DNA from: Lama glama
Taxonomy: Eukaryota
Assembly (NCBI GenBank): GCA_028534125.1
Contig: CM052828.1
Coordinates: 60,016,001-60,080,000, forward strand
DNA length: 64,000 nt
Reading direction: 5' to 3'
Shown here: positions 1 to 11,787 of the stretch, in pieces
How the letters are laid out: each line of letters opens with the position of its first letter
Numbering within the stretch: the first letter of the stretch is position 1
Position numbers and translations under genes: made by a program
The notes under the pieces: generated by a model
The model's database searches: none
The model's input: the letters and a program-made list of their open reading frames with translations, nothing else
What the model was told of the DNA's origin: nothing

Positions 1-1324
1 CACGCAGCTGCTGACTTCGGGTTGAAGCCAGTGCTCGTTCACCATCTGAACAGCCTGGGAAGTATGCTGACTCCTCTGCCTGTGCTCTGTAAACGGAACA
101 GACATGCCTGATGGCAGCACATCTGTGTACAACAGGGCTTACCGAGTGTTTTAAACCCACTCTTGAGACCTGTTGCTCAGAAAGATTTCTTTCAAACTGT
201 TACTGCTCATTGACAGTGCCGCTGGTCCCCCAGGAGCCCTGGTGGAGACAGACTGTGAGATCAACATTGTTTCCGTGCCTGCATCCTTCCTGCAGCCCAG
301 GGATCAAGGAGGAATTTCGACTTTCAAATCTNNNNNNNNNNNNNNNNNNNNNNNNNNNNNNNNNNNNNNNNNNNNNNNNNNNNNNNNNNNNNNNNNNNNN
401 NNNNNNNNNNNNNNNNNNNNNNNNNNNNNNNNNNNNNNNNNNNNNNNNNNNNNNNNNNNNNNNNNNNNNNNNNNNNNNNNNNNNNNNNNNNNNNNNNNNN
501 NNGTTTGAAAGCAGTGGATTCCAGCCCTCGTGGATAACTTTGAGGTTCAGGACTTCGTGGAGGAAGTAACTGCAGTTGTGGTGGAAGCAGCAGGAGAACG
601 AGAATTCGACCTGGGACCTGATGGGGTGGCTGGGCTGCTGCCATCTCAGGATAGAACTTGGATGGCTGAGGAGTTGCTTCTTATGGATGAGCCAAGAAGG
701 TGGTTTCTTGAGATGGAATCCGCTCTGGGTGAAGATGCTGTGAAGACTGTTGAGGTGACGGCAGAGGACTTAGACTTAGAGGCACACTAGCGCAGTTGAT
801 GGAGCAGTGGCAGGCTTTGAGAGGATCGACTCCAACTGAGAGACAACTTCTGCTGTGGGTAAGATGCTGTCAGCTAGTCCTGCTTGCTACAGAGGAATCA
901 CGAGAGGACGAGTCAATTGGTGTGGCAAACGTCATTGTTGTCTCTCTCATGGTAAGAAGTTGCCCAAGCCGTCAGCAACCACCACTGGAAAAGTCAGCAG
1001 CCATCAACATCGAGGCAAGACCCTCCGCCAGCCAAACAGTTATGACTTGCTGAAGGCTCAGATGATGGTTAGCCTTTTTTAGCAATGGAGTATTTTAAAA
1101 TCAAGGTATGTCCATTGCTTTTTATGTGACGTCCGCCAGATTTTTATTTTAAAATTAAGATATATACATAATGCTATTGCAGGCTTAATAGACTGCGGTG
1201 TAGCATAAACATAACTTTCATATGCACTCAGGGACCAGAACATTCATGTGACTGGCTTTATTGTGACATTGGCTTTATTGCGGTAATTTGGAACCAAACC
1301 TGCAATATCTCTCAGGTGTGCCTC
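1..1324 (+). mobile_element. Tigger1 (TcMar/pogo) DNA transposon, 3' half with decayed DDE transposase and right TIR
   Basis: Transposase-like remnants (FKLLLLIDSA.GPP, LQPRDQGGISTFKS); ends ...ggaaccaaacctgcaatatctctcaggtgtgcctc followed by TA, matching the recalled Tigger1 terminus. Confidence 0.9.
332..501. other. Assembly gap (N)
   Basis: Run of N inside Tigger1. Confidence 1.
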
Positions 1325-1449
1325 TAATAGCCTTTAAAACTGCGAATCAGCAGCTTGGTGGTGCCTGCGGGCTGACTGGCTCCTGAGTACCAGGCCAGCC
1401 ACAGGGTGACGTTGTAAGGTGGGTGCAGTTAGCCCCGGTCCCTGGAGCG

Positions 1450-1532
1450 GAAGTGAGATGCAGAGCTGAAGTGATGTGCCTGATCGCTGATGTTCACCAA
1501 GTGCAGGGCCGATATTTGAATCCAGGTTTGTA
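1450..1532 (+). mobile_element. MIR SINE core fragment
   Basis: gaagtgagatgcagagctgaagtgatgtgcc...gggccgatatttgaatccaggtttg resembles the MIR core. Confidence 0.55.
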
Positions 1533-1949
1533 AAGATTCCAGAATTTCTAAGTTTAAAACTAAAGATCAGCTGAAAGAAGGGGATGGCAGAGTCTGGTTG
1601 GTGGAAGCTCTCCGAGAGGGAGAGGCTGGAGGCAAGCTTGTGGGCCTGGGCGTTTGACCTTTTTAGGGAGCTCTGAACGTAGTGTCTATGATTCATGTAT
1701 TTTGATTTCTTAATAAGTATGTTAATATAGATTATCTGCACTGTGCAGCTGAAGAGGGAATTAATTGCAGAATGTTAATTTCCTACACATCCCCCCTCAT
1801 TTTGGGTGTAATGCATAACTCAGTTAAAGCCGTTCAATATAATGATGGATTTATAACTGAATTAAATCAGAACCAGTGGATCAATAGCAACTTTATTTAA
1901 AGCTTGAATAAATTCTGTTCTTGTTGCATTTGCTCATTGTTTACCTCTT

Positions 1950-2076
1950 ACTTGACGGCGACTTTACTAAAAATTCAGATTGCACAACAGCTATACGGAT
2001 TTTGTGTGTGTACTGGTTATGATGTAAAATGCATTTTTGTTGTGGATCATGGTCAGAGTTTGGAGAATGTCAGTCA
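1950..2076. mobile_element. Old hAT-type DNA transposon end (family uncertain)
   Basis: AT-rich tract ending tgtggatcatggtcagagtttggagaat, resembling hAT-Charlie MER termini. Confidence 0.3.
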
Positions 2077-4814
2077 GATAGAGGTGTTTGAAGGACCAGG
2101 ACAAGGCACTTAAGTGGGCAGGATGTTTGTGTAGTAAGTATTTTGTGTTGTTCCAACTTTAAATTTGACATCTCTTTACCAGCAGAAGACCTGGAAACTT
2201 ACCCTCTTGTTTTCCAGCATCTTGCTGGGATCTTAGTTCAGAACCCGGCCCCTGGAAGAGGAGAAGTTAATTTCTTCCATGACTGCAAGTGCTCATAGGA
2301 TGGCTGCTCCCCTGTTCAGATAGGATGACCTCGTGGGGTCCTTCAGCCAGAGTGCTTATTGGATAGAATGTGTTCTAAAAACTGAAGAGTAAGTTTCATT
2401 TCCATATGAATGGGGAACAAGGAAGTGGGTCTCCAGGTGATGTCAGTCAGTCTGTGCAAGATTCATGAGGGTGTTCCTGAACCTTGTCCTGAGGAAGCAC
2501 ACGGTAGCATGTCTGTGCTGGAGGCACCACGCAGCACTGCCTGGCAGGTAAAACCAAACGAAACTGGGATATGAGTCAGTGGCTGTGAGTCCTGCAGCAG
2601 GGATGGTAACACGGGGTTGGGGTTTAAAGAAGGGCTCTGGCTGTCCAGGCTGGCCGAGCCCCTGGGTGGGCAGGGCCTGCCGCTGCTTCCTGGTTGGCCC
2701 CCGGCTTCGTAAGGTGATTTTGAAGAGTGGAACCAGTGAAATGTCCTGGATTTGATGACCTACCTTAAATGGGAGTTAGAGGGGGATTGTGAATCTGAGT
2801 GAAAATGTCTGGTCATAAGCGTAATTTTTCTTGGTTTTGGTTCTCCGTGAAATTGTCTGAACATCTCTGTGGGCGTTTTGATGGCATCTACCCTCAAGTT
2901 TCATGTCATGCGCCTTCTGCTCTTCTGTCTTTTCTGATCGCTCAGATTTCCTTTGAACTTTCTGTGCTGCCTGGGGGAAGTTGTATCTGTGAGGCACTGG
3001 TTAGTTTATAAAGTGCTTTCTCATTTTATCATTGTAATGGCTAATTCTTACAAAACCCTTTGGATTTGTACCCATAAAGTTGTCCCCTCATCCAGTTCCT
3101 CCTCTCCTACTATGCTTCTTTCAGGTTCACGTGAAAGAAAAGGATTTGGCACATTTGACGGTCTCCCAGCTCCCTCACCATCCCTCTGTATCCCAGATTT
3201 TACTCATTGTGCTGTTTGGTGATTCATAACTTTTCAGTAGTTAGTTTTATACATAATGAACCGGAAGTGGGTACTTCTTAGACTTTGCTCCTGTCTGGAA
3301 AATGAGGAACTCTTTGCGACTCTGTGGGGCCTTGGGGGCACTTTGTTTAGGCCTGCGAGCGTGGGCCGTGTTTCCTGTGCTGTTTGGAGGGGAGGTTGCT
3401 TACTGTCCAGAAGTTGCCTGTGTGCTGGGCTGCCGCCTCCCTGGTGCTCTGGCCGGAGAAGGCAGGCTTTCCCGGGCTGTTGAGGTCTGCGCCCCTTGGT
3501 GTGCCGGGATTGCAGGCTCCTCAGCACCCAGCCAGGGGAGCAGACAGGGAACCCAGAGAGCCTGCTGCTGTGCTGTTTCTCAGGTCTTGCAGCTCGTAGT
3601 CCGCAAGCCTGTCCTTTTCAGCACTGGCTCGTCTTTCGTCCCTCTTACATGTGGTCTCTCACGTGTAACATCCAGGGCTTTTAGCTGCTCTCAGCTGGAG
3701 GAACAGGAGAGTGTCTGCTGCATCTTGTTTGGAGCCGAAGTCACTTGTCCTCTTTACTATTCTGTCAACCGTGGCCTTGGTTCCTCTTCCTGTTTGTGAC
3801 TGAAGGCCCAGTGGCTGATGTGAATGTGTAGCCGCGCTGGTGGTCCGGGACTGGCCCAGGATGGTGTCGCCGCAGGTTATGGCGGGATGGAGATGGGGTA
3901 GTGGTGGGGAGCTGAGGGCGGTTCCCCCCGGGCAGGGTGGAAGGATGGGTCTTTCCTGCATCCTGTTGCCTTGCCCCCTCCAGGTAGGGGGACAGGTGAG
4001 AGCCCTCAGGGCATTCCATTCTTGGGTAGAGTTGCCTCTCCAGTTCCTTCTCTCGGTGCCTGTGGGGTGTAGGGGACTGGCAGCACCTCATTCATGTTAG
4101 GAATCCCCGCAGGCAGGCAGCAGGCTCTCCTGGTGCGGTCTGGGGCGCTCAGCTACGGGAGGGAGTGGGGGACGGAGTGGCCGCTGCGCTGCGGCCCCGG
4201 GCGCTTTTCTCCTGCCCTGGTGCTGGAGGGCTACCCGCTCTTTCCCCGGGCTCTCACGAGTGCTGTGGAGAACCCCTCTCGGATGTTGAGATCCCGTCTA
4301 CTTCCTGTTCTCAAGAATTCCCTAAGCCTCATCTGCACGGCTCCTGGCCTCTCCGCTCCCTCCTTGAGCACTGCAGTGGATTCCTTCTTTGTTGCTGTTT
4401 TTCAAAGCCTGCCTCTTCTGTCATTGCAGTGGAGCCTTGGGAAGGCTGGGAGGAAGTGTGTGTCTGCACTTTGCCATTGTGAAGCACTGCTCAGAGTTTG
4501 AGTTTAGAACTACTTACGTGGAGTATTAAAGTGAACGCACTGTGCTTACTGCCCTTCTGGCTCTGATGCCAGCACCTAACTCACTGTCAGCTGGGAAGTT
4601 GTCGTGCACCTGCCCAGACCTTCCTCTTGTGGCCACGGAGTGGCTGCTTTCCCGGGCTCACCTCACTGTCCCTGGGAGACGGACTGGGAGCCCGTTGTGG
4701 GCAGGTGGGCTGCTGCGCCTGTGCGGGGCATGGCTGAGCCCAGCCCTCTCCTTGGGTGCTGCGCTGCTTGACGTGTGTGTGTGTGTGGTGGGGGTAGGGA
4801 GGGGAGCAGCAGTG

Positions 4815-4903
4815 ACTCACTGGGTTCAGTTCTTTGCTGTCCTCTGGAACCTCTGTTACGCCATCTTGGAGCCTCGTTTTCCCCTTTGTGAAATAGGATT
4901 GGC
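4815..4903 (-). mobile_element. MIR SINE fragment
   Basis: ggagcctcgttttcccctttgtgaaataggat resembles MIR GAGCCTCAGTTTCCTCATCTGTAAAATGGGGAT. Confidence 0.55.
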
Positions 4904-7900
4904 ATGAGACCTGCAGCCTGGCACCTCGTGCCTCTTGGACGCTTCGTCCCTCCTCTCCCCGGCCTGGCCGGCCTCCGCTTCCTGGCGGACTCTGTTCGGA
5001 CGGCTGCTGCTTTGTGGAGGACGGAGACTCAGCAGCCTTTTGGCTGCGTCAGCCGTCTTGCCTTACTTCTCAGAGCTTCGTTCTCCCTCCCCCTCAGCCT
5101 TCTTGGGAACCACTTAAAATATTGTTGTACAGGTGGTCCCTGTCCTGGGGTTTTGGGTGTTGATTACAGGGGCATCCACAAAATGATTTCATTGTCATTT
5201 TAAACTGAAAGAAACTGGGAGCACGTTGGGTGAAAGGCTGTGTCCTGACAGAATCCAGCGTCAGACTTTAATTTTATCTCTAGGGTGTAGGTGTAGGTGG
5301 AATGAAATACAAAATCCACAGAAGCCAAGGAGGCAAAAATTCCCCGCTGGAGCTCTGTTCTTCACATAGTTCCAACAATATGGACCATTTGCATTAAACT
5401 TAAAGAGCACAACTTATTTAAGATTCATCTTGTTCTGAAATCACGAATTCCATTTGACAGTGTGATAGGACGAGATTGTATTTTTAAACTTCAAGAACCA
5501 CACTCCAGAACTGTGCTAAAAGTAATGATTTCTTGTGTCAAAAATAGCTTCCTCATAAACTCAGTGGAGGAGCTGACCTGGCTGGTTGCACTTGGAGTAT
5601 GAAGGCTGCGTAAGTTGAGAAGGTGCTTTGCCGGCCTTGGTTGTGGGGGTCTCTCTGTTAGTGCCGAGGCGGTGGAAAGGCTTCTCCACGTTGCGGGGCA
5701 TTTTGTCCTTGGGTGCATCACGGAGTGCATCGTTGGTGATGTCATTCAGGTGTGAGCCATCTACTTTTGCTCCTGTGTCGGGGAGGTGAGGTGGGTCAGG
5801 TGCTGTGGCTGGTGATGTCCGGGGGTCCGTGCAGCCAGGTTGCCGTGAGTGGGGAGAGGATGTGTGCAAGCGGCTGTGGTGGCAGAGCCCCCTGCTGTGC
5901 CATCCCTGATGGAGTCCGTCGGGCTGCTCTGGTTGGTCCTGGTGCTGCGTGGCCCCCCACTTTGCACTGGGAGTCACACGCGGGCACAGGTTTTCCAGAA
6001 GGCGCCGGTCTTGTGTCGCCTGGGGCGGGTGCAGCCCCTTGTTGCTCTGTCCCTTGCTGTGTGGCTGGGACTCGAGCGGGGCTGGCAGGTGCAGCTGAGG
6101 GGATGGTCTTGTTGGCTGAGCTCCGGGGCTGCCGGCAGTTCTGTGGCCCCATGAGGAAGGGCAGTCCTGAGGCTGCGGCCCACACTGAGGAAAGCAGGGT
6201 CAGGGGATGGCCTGGAGCCTCTGAGTCTGTGCATGTGGTTCTTGCCCTTCTTAACTTGCTGGTTGTGCAAACCAGTCCTGGTCAGCCGTGCTGTGCGGAC
6301 ACAAGTGTCAGGCTTCCCGCCATAGCCGGTGGGCAAACTGTCCCAACAGGTCCTCAGCCCGGGGCCTTCAGGCTGGCAGCGAGTTCCTGATGGCCGCCCT
6401 GTGGGAGACCTGAGTCACAGCCCCCAGCCAGGCTTCTCTGAACTCCCGCTGCGCAGACTGTTGGCGGCTGGGCCTCTGGGCCTCTGGGCTCTGTTGTGGG
6501 GATGTGGTGGGCGGTGCAGGAGCCGAGGGGTCGGAAGTGGCTCCCGGCCCCGCCTGCCCTCCTTGCTCTGGGGCACCCGGCCGAAGGGCGCTGGCCGATG
6601 GCAAGAGGGGAGGGAGTCTTCCGAGAGAGAAGGCGCTCTTTGTGGGCGAGCACGAAGACGCTGGTGTCTTGTCTTGGCAGTGTCTTTGTTTTTCTGGAGC
6701 TGTGGTCTGCCCTTCAGGCCCAGTTCTGCTGGGGCAGGGTGGGCGTGGTGTGCTGCCAGCTTGTGCTAGAGATGCCAGAGATGCCGTTGGCCGGTCACCC
6801 CCCACGTCTCCGGGGCTGATGGCACCGAGGTCTACCCTGCCATCATGTGTTAGCTGCGGATGTGGGGTCGCTCTGCTCTGTGCTCTGTATTCTGGGATCC
6901 AGGCTGATGGAGCAGCTCCAGTTCGGGCCTTGCCGTTCTCATTTAAAGGAGAAGACTGGGAGGCAGGCTGAACACTCGGGGGTCCCTAAAGCTCCTGCTG
7001 GGGGCTGGCCTGCAGCATCCTCCGGCATCTGGTGCCTTGTGCGCACGCCTCACTGGCCAGAACCTGCGGGAAGGCGTGGCAGTGGGTGGGGGCCCACACC
7101 CTCTCCCAGGGTCGCAGTGGAGGTCGCAGTGTCTTGGAGTTAGACAAGGGAGGTTGGAAACCAGCATAATGAGAGTGAACATTCTGGGTAGATCAGCATC
7201 TGTTCTTGTCTTGTGCCTTCGAAACCTCCTTATTTTACCAAATTAGCAGTTAATGCTTTCCTGAAAACCATGGTGGCTCTTTCTGCTAAAACATAGTCGT
7301 CCTCTGTCTGGCTAGAGCTTGCACATTTGGGAGCTCCTCCATGTGCACATGAAGTCACCCTGATGGCATTGCCCTGCCAAGAGGGGTGCTGGTGACAGTT
7401 GACATGTGACAGACAGCCTTGTCTTCCTCATGTACAGGTGAGCCCTCCTTTTTTCAGGTGTTAGTTCAGTAACTAAACCTGACACTAAATGTGATATTAA
7501 ATATAGGTAAGGAATATGTCAAAACAGGATATCTCTAGGGGACTAGCAAAAGTTAAGGCTGGGAGGTTGAGTTTGGGCCAGGTTCTGGGTATTTGACAGG
7601 TTTAGCCCTCCTAGTGATGTCACGGGCACTATTTCCTGGGGGTCAGTGGTCAGGGTGCTGGGTGCTCTCAGGACCTGGTTTCTCTGGGCCCTGCAGAACA
7701 GATGGGGAGGAAGGCCAGGCTGGGAACCTCTGATGGGTGGTTCCCAGCTATGTAGGCAGATTCCTAGAAGCCCCTTCCAAATGGGATCAGTGGGACCCCT
7801 GGACAGAGAGCCTCAGGTTTAATTTTCTTTCCCTCCCATTGCCAGGAGATCGTCTCCCCCGTTGAGGATGCCCTGTGGGAAGGGCACAGGTGGTCCTCGG

Positions 7901-10900
7901 GGCAGCGCTGCCCACCTCAGGCACTGCCCTTGATGGTGCCCCGCCACCCACTTTTGCAGGCTGGCCCCGGGTGGATCTGTGATTGTATGCTGTGTCAACA
8001 ATGGCTGTGATCCCCTCTCTCAGACTTAACAGTGAGAAGGCCTTGGATGGCTCTGTGTCTGCAGATAGCGCAGGGTGACAGCTGTTCCTGACCCGGGTGG
8101 CGTTCGGGGATGGCGGCAGGTAGAGCGGGGAGCAGACCGAGTGCAGGCTGGCAGTGTGCGCGTTCCCCCTCACAGGCTCGGGGTGCTAAAAGGTGAGCGC
8201 GGCTCAGGGTCTGTGTCAGGAGCAGCGGCTTCCAGCATGGGAGCCTCAGCGCCGGAGGAGGGGCTCCCGCTGGAGTGCGACCTGGGGCGGCGGTGCTGTC
8301 CGTGCAGGTGGGCGCCCGCGTGTGTGGGCGTGCAGCCCGTTCTCTGCACCGTCTCTCAAGTGTTCTCTGGTCCTGAGCACCCAGCCATGCGTGAAGCTGA
8401 TTTTGTTTTGTGGTTGTTTGCATTTTGTTGAACAGGCGTTTCCCTTGGCAGAACGTAGTCGCGGGTGGGCCAGCTTTTGCAGGAGGCCTCGGGGTTCTCG
8501 GTGCAGAACTGAGAGTTTGATCTCAGTCACTGGTGAGGCTTTGCCCGTTGCTGCGTCATGTCATCACCTGCTTCATCCTCCGAGTCTTTCCTGCTCCTCG
8601 TTCCCATTCAAGGACGGGACCCCGGAGGCCCCCAGGGCTTCAGTAAGTAGCGTAAGGCCCTGGCCACTGGGGGAGGGCAGGGGGAGGCTTCAGGTCAGAA
8701 GCACCGCCTGCCTCCTTCCCAGCCCAGCCTCTCCCCTCGTGGGCCACGGTGGAGACTCTCCAAGTATTTTATGTCTCACCTTGAATACCCTGGGTCTCTT
8801 CCATCCTGGTTTCCTGTTGGTTGTATTTCATTATGTATTGTTGTTTCTGCCGAAAGTGAAATATTTAAAACCCTGTAGCTACTGAGTCTAATATTATGAG
8901 CTTTGTTTTTCTGTGGAAAACCAGTAGGCTTGTTTTGAGACTCTTGGGTTATTCTGCTGCACCTTATTTCACTGAAGCGCAAAAGTGACGGTGAGTATTC
9001 GGTCGTACACTTCTGACTGGATCGGTTCTAGGATCTGTGGGGTGTTGTGTCCCCTCCTCACTGCACGGGGAGAGGGTTGTGACCCGTCCTCCTCTCCCCA
9101 CCTCACCCTGGGCTGCCCGGAATCACCTGGTGAGCGTCCCATTCTCATCTGGGGCCCCTTCCTCAGCAGTTCGCATTCAGTTGGTCTGTTCTGTGTCTTG
9201 AACGTCTTGGTTCCTGATGTCCTGGGAGGCCCTGACTGCAGCCCCTCCTGAGAACCACCTGAAGGGGGACGTAGGAGCAGCACCTGGCTCCGCCCCCTTG
9301 TAGCCTAGCCCTCAGCGCAGGCAGCCCCCGCAGGGCAGGCTGTGGCCCTGGGACCCCCGGGTATGTGCCTGTTGGTGAGAATTTCCTCTTGCTCCCGGAG
9401 CGCAGGCTTTCTCTGTACGCGAAGATTCTTCTGGCTTTGCTTTGTGTCGAATAGCTTCCTTTTTCAAGAAGTGGCCTGTTACCTTTGTCTAGAGAAGAAC
9501 TTCAGTTAAAACACTTTATTGACTTAGAACATGTGTCTTTTCCTCTCAGTGACAAGCGTTCACCTCATCCCATTGTGTAGTTTCCTGTTAGGAAGGTGGC
9601 GCGTGTGTGAACTCACTTTGGTCTGACGTCACGTTGGAGCCCATTGGTGGACCGTCTCCGCCAACCAGACACTTCCTGGTATCCGTGTAAGAAAGATACA
9701 TAGTTCTGGAATAACAGGAAACTTCAGTTCTCGGCATCCTGTTTTTCTGGGTTTTGTGCCTCTCTGCCTCGCCACAATGAAGGTTAGTCGGTGTCTTTCT
9801 GTATGTTTCTTTTTGCACAGTACCACGATGTGAATTTTCCAAGCTCCCGAGTTAGAGCTTGAGGGCTGGGAGGTGTACAGATCACCTGCTCCCGCATTTT
9901 GCAGAAGGGAGCTGAGGCCTATGCAGGGTAATACTTTTAATAAAAGTTGCAGCCAACCCACTGAAAAACGTAGATGGTACGTCAGCCTCGACAATGAACG
10001 CTCCCGTTTGACTTGGAATTTCTTTTAAAATAACAGATACCAGAGCAGATGCGTCAAGCTGTGTTACAGGGTGATCCTAAAGACTGTCCTGAGGGTTCCT
10101 TACTCTTACAGGCAGGGTCTGGCGTCGTGACCTGAGCTGTGGTTTGCTTCATCCAGATGAGGTGCGCCCGCGATGTGCTGTGGCGCTCGGGTGTCTGTGC
10201 TGTGGCTCCAGCCGGTTCTCTCCCTTCTCTGTGCTGGACACTGTCTCGGCTCGGCTCCCATGGCCTCCATCCTAGAGGTGGTTTTTCAACTTCTGGACTT
10301 TCTTTTGTTCATGTTTAAGTAACATATGTGGTGATGATTTTCACTCATCTGGGAAGTTAAGACAGAAGACTATTACCTGGAGACTTCTGGGAAGACAGCA
10401 ATCATTGTTCAGCTCCGGGATGGCTCCTCGTAGCTGTTCTTTGTGTGACTGTCCTCTCAGGGACGTTCAGCACCACAGGGTGGCTGGTGGGTGGGTGGGG
10501 TGTTATTTACCTGTTCAGCAAACATTTGCACTGTTACCTTGTACCGGCCACTTGCTGGATGTCATGTGCTGTGAGGTCAGCTTTTACAGATTTCAGTCGA
10601 GGGTGGCGTGTGCACATGGGATGTAAAGTTGTCGCGATTGGTGTGCTGGGGGCTTGGCTGGGCCCTGCCGAGCCTAGGGGGACATGGGGCTGGCACAGTC
10701 AGATGAGAAGGGTGGGGGGCAGGAAGCAGAGAAGCGGGGCTCCTGGCAGGATGTGGGGTGGAGGGGCTGCTGTTGAAGGAGAGGCGGCGGGCGACCAGAG
10801 AGGAAGTCACTCCTGGGATGACTTAGTTCCTTTTTGTTCCTGTGCCAGAACCTTTGACGTATGTTAACACAGTTCACGTTTTGTTACCTAAACACACCTT

Positions 10901-11702
10901 TCTGTTAATCGCGTCTTTGAAAGAATTTTCCATAACTTGTGTGGCACAGAGCTGTGGGTGATCTGATGCTGAGTTTGGGGGTGCTTGTTCAGGGCTTAGA
11001 GCTGTATGTGGTCGGTGTTTGGGAGTGAGATGTGTTTGCACATGTGTTGTGCACTGGCCGCACTGGCTTTGCAAGGCTGGGTGCGCATCTCGTTCGGCTC
11101 CTGGGGTTGGGGGTGGGCGGGGAGGGCCGGCGGTGGGCAGGGGCTGACTTGGTCATGTCCCCTGTCCCTTGGTTGCTGAGATTGTGGGAGATGCAGATCA
11201 GGCAGTCCTGGTCTGGCTTCAGTTCTCTGCCCTGAGGATGGAGGTGTCCCCCCAGAACTGCCGCCCTGCTCCCAGAGCCCTTCCCCTCCTTCTGCTTGAG
11301 CGTGTGCCCCGATGTCTGCGCTTCCCCTTCCTGTTGCTGGCCCTGGCCTCGGCTGTGAGAGGAGAGGAGGTCTCAGCAGGCCTGCCCTGTGGCCTCGGCC
11401 TCAGTCTAAGGAGGGAGGCTTTGCTGGGCACCAGCAGCGCCCAGGTTGTGGCTGGGGGTGGTGGTGGGCACAGGGTGAGGAGCAGGTGGCTAGGAAACTG
11501 GGCTCAGGCCTGGGATCAAAGGGCCCCACGAGGGAGCCTGGTCTGGCGTCCTGTCCCACGTAGGCCGGGCTCCCAGGTGTGCCACGCCCCGAGGGTCTCC
11601 CCTGCTCGGCCTGCAAATCCCCTCGCTGCTGCTGCGGGGGCGCCGGCTCCCCTGCCCCTCACGGGGCTCTGCTAATCCTGCTTGTCCACTTTTCCCTTTC
11701 AG

Positions 11703-11787
11703 ACGTTTGATGCGAACGACTTGTATCAGGGGCAGAATTTCAACAAGGTCCTCAGCTCCTTGGTGACTCTAAATAAAGTAACAGCAG
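11703..11787 (+). CDS. ARHGEF7: ARHGEF7 exon 3 (85 nt), end of CH domain: TFDANDLYQGQNFNKVLSSLVTLNKVTA; 5'UTR in SH3-start isoforms
   Basis: tttcag|ACG ... GCAG|gtaagt; branch-like gctaat at 11671; peptide recognised as the PIX CH C-terminus. Confidence 0.97.

Noticed and set aside
332-501. Idea that the N-gaps hide young SINE insertions
   Set aside because: The first gap is about the size of the missing Tigger1 segment as I recall it, so the gaps look like ordinary coverage drop-outs
530-790. Acidic 86-aa ORF (MDNFEVQDFVEEV...)
   Set aside because: Decayed, frameshifted Tigger1 sequence, not a domesticated TIGD gene
8960-8997. Isolated strong donor ACG|gtgagt (also CAG|gtgagc at 7437 and CAG|gtgcgt at 14282)
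   Set aside because: No convincing paired acceptor or coding signal; such motifs are common by chance
3000-11600. Many 100-230 aa ORFs on both strands in intron 2 (e.g. 5752-6390, 8193-8885)
   Set aside because: Low-complexity G/P/R/A/C-rich translations, mostly GTG/TTG starts, overlapping in all frames, no recognisable domain; expected in GC-rich intron
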